DNA of 64,000 bases, taken from contig CAZXDT010000001.1 of NCBI GenBank assembly GCA_964639295.1, forward strand, positions 245,068 to 309,067. The letters run 5' to 3'. Of the stretch, positions 1 to 10,600 are shown one piece after another (within the stretch, counting starts at the first letter, position 1; every line of letters starts with the position of its first letter). This DNA comes from an uncultured Candidatus Saccharibacteria bacterium (GTDB lineage Bacteria > Patescibacteriota > Saccharimonadia > Saccharimonadales > JALRHH01). The notes under the pieces were generated by a model that saw only the letters and a program-made list of their open reading frames with translations, searched no databases and was not told the DNA's origin. Both the position numbers and the translations under genes were made by a program.

Positions 1-3000
1 CCACTTCCATCATAGCCACCAACCACATAAAGATAGCCGTTATAGCCAAACCCTGCCCCACGCCGGCGACCAAAATCTGTTAGGTTTGCAGATTCGATCC
101 ACGCACTACCACTCACTGCGACAATATTATTGCTATTGTCTATTTTGGCATACCTAGTCGTTTTAATGTCGTTAACTGCCGGTGTTAGACCACCCATAAG
201 ATATATATAGTTTGCGTATACCGTACCTGCCATTGCGCCAAGACCCGCAACCGAGTTACCAGGTACAATGCCAATTTGTAACTGCCCACTCTTGCTACAA
301 CCTGAAGGGACTCCAGAGGTATTAATTACACACTTGTATACACCGTCAGTATAGCTACCACAACCTATGCCACCAGGGCTCGCACAGCCACCAAGGATAT
401 ATAAATTGCCTGGGTTACTACCGGCAGATGAAGGGTTTGCTCTAGCAAACGAGTAAGTGTAAGAAACATCTTCGGCACCAATAGTAGCCATACTAGCCGT
501 ATTGCTCCATGAACTGATAGAACCATTGGAAGCACTTGGTTTAGCATAGTAGATCTGGTTAACACTCCCGGCTGCAGTAAACCCTCCTATGGAATATATA
601 TATCCATTAAAGACAGCCATACCTGGAGCGCCCACGCTGGCTGGAAGAGATGTTGTGTTATAGCAGTAAGCGGCCGTGGTTGACCAGCTCCCGCATGAGC
701 TTGGCTTGGTGAGTGTCCCATCACTGCCAACAGACGTATACAGTACACCGCGCGATACACTACCACAGCCAGCATTAGTGTTTGAGCAGCCCCCCCATAC
801 ATACAAATACCCGTTTAATACCGCACTACCGTTCAATACATCACCCACAATAGAAACACCAGGTAGATCACAATTATATGGGTTACCGCCAGAACATGTA
901 CCGCTACCACTAGGAACCGAGTTAGCCACGGTACTTGCCTCTCCTTCGGGGTTAATGATCCCGTAATCCACGTCGAAAACGGTATCTATACAGTCCCCTC
1001 CGACAGCATCTTGGCTACGGCAACCACCCAAACGATACAGCCCGCCCTGCCAGGCGATAAAGGTATGCCCCATGCGTGTATTCGATAGACCGGTGATTGT
1101 ATTCCACTCAGATAATGAGCCGTCTGCGTTAATACTTGCCAGCACCATGTCGCTAGCAAGAGTAGTACAATAGCCACTGGCATTCACTGCAGTACACCCG
1201 CCACCTAAATAAATATACCCAGCCCATATGGTGGCAAAATTCCCCCCCATTGTAGCCCTAGCACCCGCGGCAGAAAAATTACTTGTAGACTGCCACGAGT
1301 TCATTGTCCCATCGGAATTAAGCTTGCTATAGTACACCGAACTTCTAAGGTTCGCGGATGACGTTCCCGCTCCTTCGAACCCTCCTATGGTATAGAGAAC
1401 ATCATTGTATACCTGCGCACTCTGCATATGGGTACCAGCTCCGCCGGGCAAAGCCTGCATACCAGTTGTTGTCCAGGTATCTAGGGCACCCGTAGGTAAG
1501 ATATCAGCTTTCTCAACGGTAGTTACACCTCCAGGGGTGGCGTTCGTTTCACCACCCAAAACGTAGAGTCGATTATTGGAAGCAACTGCTGCAAAATAAC
1601 TTTTAGCCGTTGAGCCATTGAGATTTGCCGTGTACCAATAATCAGGGGTTCCTCCGCTTGGATGCCATTGCTGCGGCTCACCAGTAGCTCCAAGCTTTGC
1701 TACGTAGACAGTACTTACACGTGAACCGCCACTATTAACACCACCTAGTGCGTATAAAAAGCCGTTGTAAGCCACTAGAGATAAGCCCTTTAGTGAAGCT
1801 GGCAGGTTATATGCACTATTAGTACACCAGCCTGAACAAGCACCAGTGCCGGGATTTGGACTTTCGATTGCACCAGTATTAGGGTTAAACTTTGCCCAAT
1901 AAACTGATGAACTCGTAGCGGGCCCAGTAGTAGTATAAGAAATCACTACCGCACCTGCGGTACCCGCACTGTTACCACTCGTGGCAGTCGCACCGGTTCC
2001 ACCCTGGCCAGCACCATTTCGTTGGCTATCTGAATTATTTCCTGGTGTTGCACCTGAGCCAGCAGTTTCAACTGTACCGGTACCAGTAACAATATCACTA
2101 CCACCGCCGCCACCGCCGCCAGCTCGGTTGAAGTTAAGAAGTGGGTTGGAGGTACTACCACCACCGCCACCGCCAAAGCGACCGCCACCGCCACCGCCAC
2201 CTTGAAAGGTACCGCCAGCAGCACCACCGCCACCCGTGCCCCCTGCACCGCCCGTTCCAGCTGAACCACCGTTACCACCCGTATTTGCAATACCAGCAGT
2301 ACCGGCTACACCATTGGCACCAGCAGTACCAGCAGCGCCACCAGCACCCGCCGTACCAGCACCACCGCCACCGCCGGTCGCCGTACCACCGGCTACACCA
2401 CTGGTGCCACCGCCCGCACCACCAGCACCCCCAGCAGTTGTCCCAGCAGCACCACCGCCACCGCCACCTGCACCAGCCTGAATCAAGAACGTACCACTAC
2501 GCTGTACAGCTGAGTATCCGCCACCATTACCTCCATCATCGTTGGTAGCGCCCTTTGCACCCGCCGTACCGACACGGACATCTAACGTCTCACTCGGAGT
2601 GACCGACAATACCGCCTTAACATAGCCACCACCGCCACCATTGCCGCCAGCACCACTACCATTGTTCCCTACACCACCGCCACCACCAGCACCCCAAGCC
2701 TTAACAGTTATAGAAGTAACACCAGCAGGAACACTATAGGTGCCAGACCCAGCAGCATAGTAGGTTGATGTCGTCACCACCGAACCCTGCCCACCACCGA
2801 CTACGTAAATATAACCCCCAGCCACAGCGGTACCCTGACCCCATGCCGGCACACTCAAGTTATTTGTACTTGTCCAGTCATCTATACGTGCACCAGTAGT
2901 CTGGCTCTTTTGGATAAGCTCATTATCAACATCAAAGTCAGTGTTCGTTTCATTATTACCACGCATCAGTTTAACAGCAGTGTCCACATACACTGTCGGG

Positions 3001-4019
3001 TCAATGGATAATGGATACCGAGCGTTCTTAAGACCCTTAACCTTGATTGTAAGTTGACTCCCTTTTAGTTCGTAATGCGCCTTTACTGAAGATAGTTTTT
3101 TCTTACCTTCAATCACAACTGGCGCAGGAATGGTAAAAATGTGTTGCGTTTTAGCACCATTACTGCGGGCTTTTTCTAGTAATTCCTTATCTTGGTCAGA
3201 TGCAGTAGCCACGTTACCAAGCAATGCAGAGCTCACGCCATATATGCCAACAGAACCGTCTTTCTCCAAACGCGCTTCTAATCCGTTCGGCAGACTAATT
3301 TCGTAACTAAATTCTGCTGTATCCTTTTTAGAACTTTCCAGAATAATGTCTTCTTTAACACTCGCTGTCCTAGCTGAATACACTAAATAACCGTCATGAT
3401 CAGACATGCGATACATCATCTGGTTTTGGTCTTGCTTACCAGGTGATATTTTAAACTTTGGTTTTAGTGTCATTGTCGTTTTATTTGTGGGATCAGTAAC
3501 ACTCATCCCGGTGGTGGGAGTCTTATCAAAAGCTGCGTTAATGCGTGCTTCTCCAGTAGAGCTCATACCGCTATCAGGATTTAAGGTACCAGTGTAAGAT
3601 GCGTTGTACATAAACTTTTGCTCTTTTGTGTCATATTTGAGCAGCTGCGCCAATGTAGGGTTTTGCTGAGGTAATAGTGAACGAGCTGCACTACTTAGCT
3701 TGTAGGGCTTTTTATCAAGCATCGGCTCTACAACCGCCGCAATCATTGATACAAGCAATAAAATAACGACTACAACTATAAAAACTCTTCTCCATAAGCC
3801 TTTTGATGCCCATCGAGCAAAACTTGACGTTTTAAAACGGTACCAAAATCTGTGTTGATACGAGCCAGCTATCTTACCAATTGAACGTACAAGCCAGTAT
3901 TTCTCGCCGCTATGGCGCTCTTTTGTTGGGACTTTATGGGTTCCACGGATATGAGAAGCCGAGCCAACATGGTGCTGACTATTCCTACGACTACCTTGCC
4001 TCGGTCCTACCCCGTCCAT
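1..4019 (-). CDS. Giant membrane-anchored Kelch-like beta-propeller protein with an embedded glycine-rich domain. Only the 5' portion is present; the C-terminus lies beyond the window edge.
   Basis: Hand translation of the minus strand. ATG at 4017-4019 is preceded by an in-frame TGA. The frame (positions = 2 mod 3) matches the codons at the window edge (..GYNGYLYVVGGYDGS, nt ~1-50). It is absent from the ORF track because no stop lies inside the window. Order of parts: basic tail; TM (RRVFIVVVVILLLVSMIAAVV, ~nt 3740-3800); an N-domain paralogous to the 11271-16193 product (FSYEISLPNGLEARLEKDGSVGIYG, IPAPVV, SIDPTV); a Gly-rich block at ~1935-2790; then repeated xYNGxLYxxGG blades. Confidence 0.8.
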   Translation of the reverse strand, partial: MDGVGPRQGSRRNSQHHVGSASHIRGTHKVPTKERHSGEKYWLVRSIGKIAGSYQHRFWYRFKTSSFARWASKGLWRRVFIVVVVILLLVSMIAAVVEPMLDKKPYKLSSAARSLLPQQNPTLAQLLKYDTKEQKFMYNASYTGTLNPDSGMSSTGEARINAAFDKTPTTGMSVTDPTNKTTMTLKPKFKISPGKQDQNQMMYRMSDHDGYLVYSARTASVKEDIILESSKKDTAEFSYEISLPNGLEARLEKDGSVGIYGVSSALLGNVATASDQDKELLEKARSNGAKTQHIFTIPAPVVIEGKKKLSSVKAHYELKGSQLTIKVKGLKNARYPLSIDPTVYVDTAVKLMRGNNETNTDFDVDNELIQKSQTTGARIDDWTSTNNLSVPAWGQGTAVAGGYIYVVGGGQGSVVTTSTYYAAGSGTYSVPAGVTSITVKAWGAGGGGGVGNNGSGAGGNGGGGGYVKAVLSVTPSETLDVRVGTAGAKGATNDDGGNGGGYSAVQRSGTFLIQAGAGGGGGGAAGTTAGGAGGAGGGTSGVAGGTATGGGGGAGTAGAGGAAGTAGANGVAGTAGIANTGGNGGSAGTGGAGGTGGGGAAGGTFQGGGGGGGRFGGGGGGSTSNPLLNFNRAGGGGGGGSDIVTGTGTVETAGSGATPGNNSDSQRNGAGQGGTGATATSGNSAGTAGAVVISYTTTGPATSSSVYWAKFNPNTGAIESPNPGTGACSGWCTNSAYNLPASLKGLSLVAYNGFLYALGGVNSGGSRVSTVYVAKLGATGEPQQWHPSGGTPDYWYTANLNGSTAKSYFAAVASNNRLYVLGGETNATPGGVTTVEKADILPTGALDTWTTTGMQALPGGAGTHMQSAQVYNDVLYTIGGFEGAGTSSANLRSSVYYSKLNSDGTMNSWQSTSNFSAAGARATMGGNFATIWAGYIYLGGGCTAVNASGYCTTLASDMVLASINADGSLSEWNTITGLSNTRMGHTFIAWQGGLYRLGGCRSQDAVGGDCIDTVFDVDYGIINPEGEASTVANSVPSGSGTCSGGNPYNCDLPGVSIVGDVLNGSAVLNGYLYVWGGCSNTNAGCGSVSRGVLYTSVGSDGTLTKPSSCGSWSTTAAYCYNTTSLPASVGAPGMAVFNGYIYSIGGFTAAGSVNQIYYAKPSASNGSISSWSNTASMATIGAEDVSYTYSFARANPSSAGSNPGNLYILGGCASPGGIGCGSYTDGVYKCVINTSGVPSGCSKSGQLQIGIVPGNSVAGLGAMAGTVYANYIYLMGGLTPAVNDIKTTRYAKIDNSNNIVAVSGSAWIESANLTDFGRRRGAGFGYNGYLYVVGGYDGS

Positions 4020-4074
4020 ATGTGTGTTTGTACCCTCAAAATCCAAGTCTCAATTGGAATTCCTTATGCTTTCC

Positions 4075-4102
4075 AGTATACCGTCCGTACCCCCGTTTTC
4101 AA
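4075..4102 (-). promoter_or_regulatory. Putative sigma70-type promoter for the partial Kelch/Gly-rich gene
   Basis: The minus strand reads TTGAAA (4102-4097), 16 nt, TATACT (4080-4075), about 55 nt upstream of the ATG at 4019. Confidence 0.4.
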
Positions 4103-4337
4103 AGAATAATCGCCAGCATTTTATAGATAAAAATCCTAAACTGAAAACCCCCTGTAATCGGAAGCGTCTTGCAGTTCTGCGCTTGAGCTATTTTGGTCTT
4201 TCTTCTGCGTAACGCAAAGGAGCCGTACTAGAGTACGGTGACTGCGTACCGTAAAGAAGAAGGAGCAAAAGAGCCAAGAAGCCAGCGGGTTGCGAGCTCC
4301 GCTCGTGAGCAGGCTGGCTGACGCAGGATCTGCAAAG

Positions 4338-4369
4338 AAAAAAGGAAGGTGGGATATTCCTTCCTTTTT
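4338..4369. terminator. Bidirectional intrinsic terminator hairpin
   Basis: A-run 4338-4343, stem GGAAGG 4344-4349, 9-nt loop, stem CCTTCC 4359-4364, T-run 4365-4369. It lies ~300 nt downstream of the stop of the 4668-10829 gene on the minus strand. Confidence 0.6.
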
Positions 4370-4546
4370 CTTACTAGGCGTGCGCAATTTGCGAGATGTA
4401 TGGCACAATTTTTGTTTTTTGGTACGAGAGTGTCAAGAACTCGTACTAAATGGTTTTTGTTTTTACCCGTTCGTAGGGACGTACGATCCAGAACCATGCA
4501 TCATTGTGCACGCCATTGTATCTGTTATTTAGCTAGTTTTGTTTAT

Positions 4547-4575
4547 TTATGGTCCGTTCATGGTGGCCCCCTCCT
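4547..4575 (-). other. Four-codon mini-ORF (MNGP-stop) with a perfect Shine-Dalgarno sequence
   Basis: The minus strand reads AGGAGG (4575-4570), 8 nt, ATG AAC GGA CCA TAA (4561-4547). The same SD type and spacing appear on well-supported genes here (nrdR, rpsA, KGG protein). Confidence 0.3.
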
Positions 4576-4667
4576 GGCTTCAATTACATGGGCGGAAATA
4601 AACAAGTTATTCATTTGGGATCTTGGTCGTTTTTGGTGTGTTAGTAAGTTACTCATATCCATATTTC

Positions 4668-7600
4668 CTATGTGTTACTAAATGTGAAGTCTAAGTTTTC
4701 TATATATACATTGCCGCTACTCTTAGATGTAACCGTAATCTTAAATATGACGTAATCACCCGCCACGAAACCGCAAGCAGTCTCATCGCCAGTAAGCGCC
4801 GTTTGGTTCCAGGCGCCGGTTCCTGTGGTAACGGTTGTACTTGATCCACACTGAGTAATTACATTTCCAATAACATTCTTTCGGTATACATTCAGTGTTG
4901 CACCTGCGTTTGTCGCATGGTCTTTATATGCAGTAAGCTTGATGGTATTAGCATCGTAGAAGCCCTTGAATGTTGACGGGAGTTTGTAGTTAACATATAC
5001 ATCGTAAGTCTGGTCCGTTGCCTGAGGTGAAGTCCATCGGTAGAAACTTCGAGCTTCATGGTTGGCACAGAGTGACCCCACGACAAGCACCGTAGACTCA
5101 TTAGCACAGAAGTCCGCGGTCATAACACCCACGCCACTACCGTTAAGCACAGCGCCCGTATATTCTGGGGTCAACGTAATGATGTTGTCTGGAGCCGAAC
5201 CACAGGCACCCCAACCATCTGACTCGTAACACTGGATGCGGCCGGTGGTTGTGTCGTAGTACATTGAACCGTAGTAGGTAGTATTACCGTTAGCCACCGG
5301 CGCACTTGAGAACCGATCAAGCGTAAAGAGTGTTGGCTGGCCACCTAAGAGACCACCACCAATCTGAACATTTGAAGGGGTGGTTGTGGTACTGATTTCA
5401 GTAACACTCAAGTTATCTATATAGAATGTTCGGCCCGTACCATCTGACTGACGTATGACAATAGCATTAGACGAGTTGATAGTGCCAGTTGCTGTAAATG
5501 TACAAGTTATCTTACTCCAGGCAGTACTAGCAATGGCCTGCCCCGTCACACAAGTTGCGTTGTCAGCAGTACCGTTACCGGAGTAGACGACATCGATGGT
5601 ACTAACTGGTCCAGCCGTACTCAACTTGGAAGTAAAGGATACTTGATAGGCCTTTGTGGATGTCAGCGCGATACTTAGTGTGTCTTTTGCGCCTTGAGTA
5701 GAGCCGGTAGTAACGACCTTCACGGAAGCCTGTCCTGTGGCAATGAAGCCTGCAGTTACTGCCTCACGTGTGACAGTTCCACCGCCTGCACCAGCAGCCC
5801 AAGTACTTGCTGGGAATGTCGTGGATGAGCCACCCGCGGTCTCTGCACCACCGTTGGTTGCGTATTCGGTAGCGTAGTTATTGACACTAAAGAGGTTAGT
5901 ACCGATAGAGCTCTGCACTTCTAGCAGACCACCATTAATTGGTGTCGTGCCATTATTACGGATAGTAAAGCCATCTGCGGCGCCACCAGAGGCATTAAGT
6001 ACAAGTTCAGCACCACCTGCAGAAGTCAGGGTGTTGTTGTAGGCGGATTGAAGGTCGGTTGAACTTGAAGCACCAGCGGCGGTCCAGTCTGTACCGTTCC
6101 AGATAAGTGTTGCTGTGCTGTTAGCCTTCATGGCAATGTCAATTGGTGTGCGAGCGCTGTTCAAGCGCATTGTGAAGTCTGACGAGCCACTTCGTGCAGA
6201 AATGTAGAGCAAGCGACCAATAACATTCTGAGCAGGATCAGGAACGGTTAGTGTAAGTCCTGTGGCTGTGGCCTTTACAGGGAGAGTACTGTATACGTCA
6301 ACATTACCTGCTGTTATAGAAACACTCGTTGCAAACGCTTGTTCACTCGCAGAAGTAAAGGCTGTAGTTGCAAGGTTAACAAGACCTTGGGTGCCCGTTC
6401 CAACCCCAGCGCCACCGACTATAGTAACGGCGCCACCATTGGCGTTGCCTGTGCCACCTGCGCCACCACCTTGGAGAGTTAATACGCCACCAGCAAAGGC
6501 ACTAGCACCAGAACCCGCTGCACCAGCCTTGATTGTGAGACCATCACCTGCGGCGTTGGTCGTACGTGTTAAGACGTTGATGTTACGGCCAGAGCCTCCA
6601 TTTTCGCCAAAGGTTAGATCGGCGGTTGGAGTTGCCGCACCTATGTTTACGCCAACGTTACCGTTCAGACGACTAATACCACCTACAGTTAGTGTATTTG
6701 AACCAGAGACCGATACGTTGCCGTTAAAGGTTGATGCCTGAGTAACCGTGAGCGCACCGTTGATTGTGGTAGTTACACCGGTCCTAGATACAGATACGGC
6801 TGTTGCGCTACTTGCCCCCAAGTTCAGGCTGGCAGCAGCATCAAGTGACAAGTTGCCCGCAGAGGTACTCCAGGTTGTAGCCGCAGCACTGGTCAATGTA
6901 AGTGCACCAGTAGTAGTACTAACGGTACTTGCCTGCTGAAATGCCAAGTCACCAGAAGTGTTCAAGACTGCCTTAGTCGTACCACCTGTTCGTAGGTTGA
7001 GCGCAAACGCATCGTTAGTACCAAGATCTGCTGCTGCGCCAAAGGTATTTCCACCTTGTACGAATGCCGCACCCGTACCGGTTGCATTACAGGCAGCAAA
7101 TTGATTGCTAGCGTTCCTACATATATATGTAGCATTGCTTGCTGTACCAAGTGTGCCGACCTGAACAGTATCGTTTAGAATGATCTGTCCAGTTCCGTTA
7201 GCAACAACCGTGAGGTCTTGGTTGGTACCAGTTGTAATATCAGTACCAGCGTTTGTGACAGTGAGTGATCCAGAGGTGCTTAGGTTACCGGAAGCATCGA
7301 CTTGCAACTGGTTAGATGAACCGACGTTTAACGTGCCAGAGACATCAAGGTTACCCGTAATATTAGTATTCTTTAGTAGTTCTATTGTGCCAGTTGGTTG
7401 AATTGCAAAATTACCGAGGTTATCAACCTGCCCCCCATACACCGAGTTGCCACTAGTATCATTGATGTCTAAGGGGTCAAACTCATTGTCAGATATGTAT
7501 GAGAAGTTACTTGTCGCATCAATACTAATAGCGACACCACTTGCTCCTTGGTCATATACGTAGTTACTCGTAATACGAGTGTTGTCGGAATTTATCAGCG

Positions 7601-10600
7601 TAATACCATTTACGCCATTTGCATTGATCTTGTTACCATTAATATTTGTGCCACTTGAAGTATCAAGTGTGATGGCGCTCAGCGTGTTCCCAACGATATT
7701 GCTCATAACTGAGTTATCAACAGAGACATTGGCAGCCGCATTACCGCTGAAGTTAAATACCACAGCGCCTGTCGTGAGACTTAAGTTCGTCATCAAGTTG
7801 CCACTAATGACTGCGACTGAGGCCGAATTAGTTACAACAAGATCGGCTAATAAGGAGTTGCCAGTAAAGTTATAAATTACTGAGTTATCAATAATAATAC
7901 CGCTCGTGCTCTTGTTGCCAGTAAAGTTAACTAGACTTGAACTATTTAATAAGTGAAGCGCATTACCGTGGTCCCAACCACCAAGGCTCAAGCCAGTAAG
8001 TGAAGCGTTAGACAGATCAGACATTTGGTCAAAGTACACACCGTCCTGTGTACCGCCAGTACCAAGACTACCATCGATAGTCATATCACGAATACCAACA
8101 CCGGTACCCGGAACATCTTTGTTCTCTATTAGGTGATCACTGCCACTACCGACATTAAGCTGTACTACGGTGTTCAGACCGGCACCAATAAGTGTTGTGT
8201 TGCTTGGGATTAGTATCGTACCGTTTGCTACAAACGTACCTTCAGTCAGGTACACTTTGCCACCCGCAGCGGCATTCAATGCGGTGTTAATTACCGTTTG
8301 GTCACCCGTGCCGGTTGCTACGTAGTCAGCGGCATCCTTAACGGCCTGAGATGCGCCGCTTGCAGCCACAATCTTAGTTGAATCCGAGCGATCTGCCTGC
8401 CATTTTCCGTTGGCATATATAAGCAACTGTTTAGTTGTGCTGTCGTAATATAACATGCCCTCAGCTGGTGATGCTGGACGTGAGGCAGTGTTGCCACCGG
8501 TGAGCTTCAAGTATTTGCCGGCTGCTATAGTTACGTCACTGTTAAAGGTCGCGGCTTCTGTGACAGTCAGTGAGCCATTGATCGTTGTAACTACACCTGC
8601 CTTAGAGATGTTAACTGCATTGGCATTACCCGTACCCACACCAAGCGCAGCTGCAGTCGCAGTGTCAAGAAGCGGAGTCAAGAAGCTTACATCAGCACGG
8701 CCGCTGCCACTGATCCAGTAGTTACTGGTAGTTTGAGCGCCAGCGTTTTGGTTCTGGATATAGCTAGCAGCGCTACCGACCGCGAAGGCGCTACAGGTCA
8801 CGGTATCATCTAGCTGCGTAATAGCCTGTCCGGCAGTACATGCACCTGGGTAGTTTGTAAGCGCAGTCCAGTCAACGCTGCCGCTAGAATCAATTGTGAT
8901 TGAGTTACTGACGTATGTATCAGTAAGCGCAGTGCCATTCCATACGCCCGCTGTGATAGTTCCAACTGTAGTGATGTCGGTTAAATTGCCGGTAGTAATG
9001 ACAGTACCGGTAGCGTTAGGTAGTGTGTACACTTGATTGCTAGTCAAATCAGCATTTGTAACAGTGCCCGTAAATCGTGCAGCGCCACCCGTGGTGATAG
9101 CAGTAATGATTTGATCGTCCGTTGCGGTTGCGTTACCAACTGTCAGGGTGCCTTGGAATGTCTTGTTACCCGCAAATGTCTGAGTACCAGTACTAACCAT
9201 GCCAGGATTTGTAGTGTCAGCAGCACCGAAAGTAATCGTTGTGCCACTGATACTTGCACCATTAGCGATTGAAGTGTTTGAGAACGTACCGACTGTGTTG
9301 ACACCAACACCGCCTGTTGCTGCACTGCCACCGGTAACACGCCAAACGGTGCTTGAGCTGTCGTAGACTAGTTCAATCGTGGCACCCACTGGAATACTCA
9401 AGCTACCCCCAGTACCGGTCGTAATTTGGTTGTTGCTAGCACTTGCGCCACTCAAGTTAGCAATGGTTGCTACGGCAGAACCCGCGTTCACCAGCGTGAT
9501 GCGACGGCCATCTGCACCGTTAGCAATACCAGTAATCGTCTGTGCGCTAAGACCAGTTAGGCGGAAAAGCGCACCAGTACCAAAGTCGACATCGTTCTGA
9601 CTGCCTACAGTACTGTAGTCACTACCTTTTTGGAATGAGACATTCCCGGCGTTAGTAACAACCAGGCCACCCTTAGCAGTAGTTAGCCCGTTAATATCCA
9701 GTGTTGAGCTGAATGTACCTGCCTCTGTCACTGTCAGCGCACCACCAACGGTTGTTGTCATTGCAGCCTTACCGATGGTGATGGCAGTAGCGTTGGTCGT
9801 GCCAATACTGAGCGTTGTGCCAGTGTAAGTATCAACACTGGCTGCCACTTTCAAATTACCGGCAGCCGTTACTGAGCCAAGTACCGTACCGTTGGTTGCT
9901 TGGTATTCTACGAGGTCAACCGTTTGCCCTGCATCAGCGCCACGGAAAACGCCAGCAGCAGTACCATTTACACCGCTATCCTTGGCCTGAATATTGAAAT
10001 TTGATTGAGTTTGCAGGCCTGTATCATTGTGGATGTAGTAGGCGGAGCCAGTTGCCGCAGGACAGTTACTGACAGAACCGTTAAATACACAGATTGTTCC
10101 TGGGCTGGCTGTGGTCGCCAAAGATGTATCCGGGAACAAGAATTTGCGGTCTGCAGTCATGGTTGCGAAGTCCACCGTGCCGGTAAACGAACCTGTGTTC
10201 TTCTGAAGTGTCTCGGCGCTGTCAGCCACTGTTGCACGGAATGCAAACGGTACTGAGGTGAGTCGGATACGCGGTGTCATTTCCCCGTCCCAGGTTGCAA
10301 GACCAACACCACCAATGTTCATCGTTAACCAAAGCTGCTGGTTCCAGATGTTCGTTGGGAGTGAAGTCTTATCACCGAGGTAAGCACTGAGGTAGCCATT
10401 TTTGACTTCAATCTGTTGGTTACTCGGGTCAGAACTTAATCGAGTTTCAGTCCAGAGACAGTTTGCATCTCCGGTACAGCTGCCCTGGCTTGAGCCAGAT
10501 GAAGTACTTGCATTGAAAATTTTGAATTCAACGTTGTAGATACCATCAGGGACAAGACTACCAGAGCTGTTGAGTAAGCGAGCTTGGAAGTTGAGCGTAG

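Noticed and set aside
1981-2548. Plus-strand ORFs with Pro-, His- and Ala-rich translations (74, 135 and 81 aa)
   Set aside because: They are antisense shadows of the minus-strand glycine-rich coding segment (GGN codons read as NCC). The minus-strand frame is continuous with a well-supported giant ORF.
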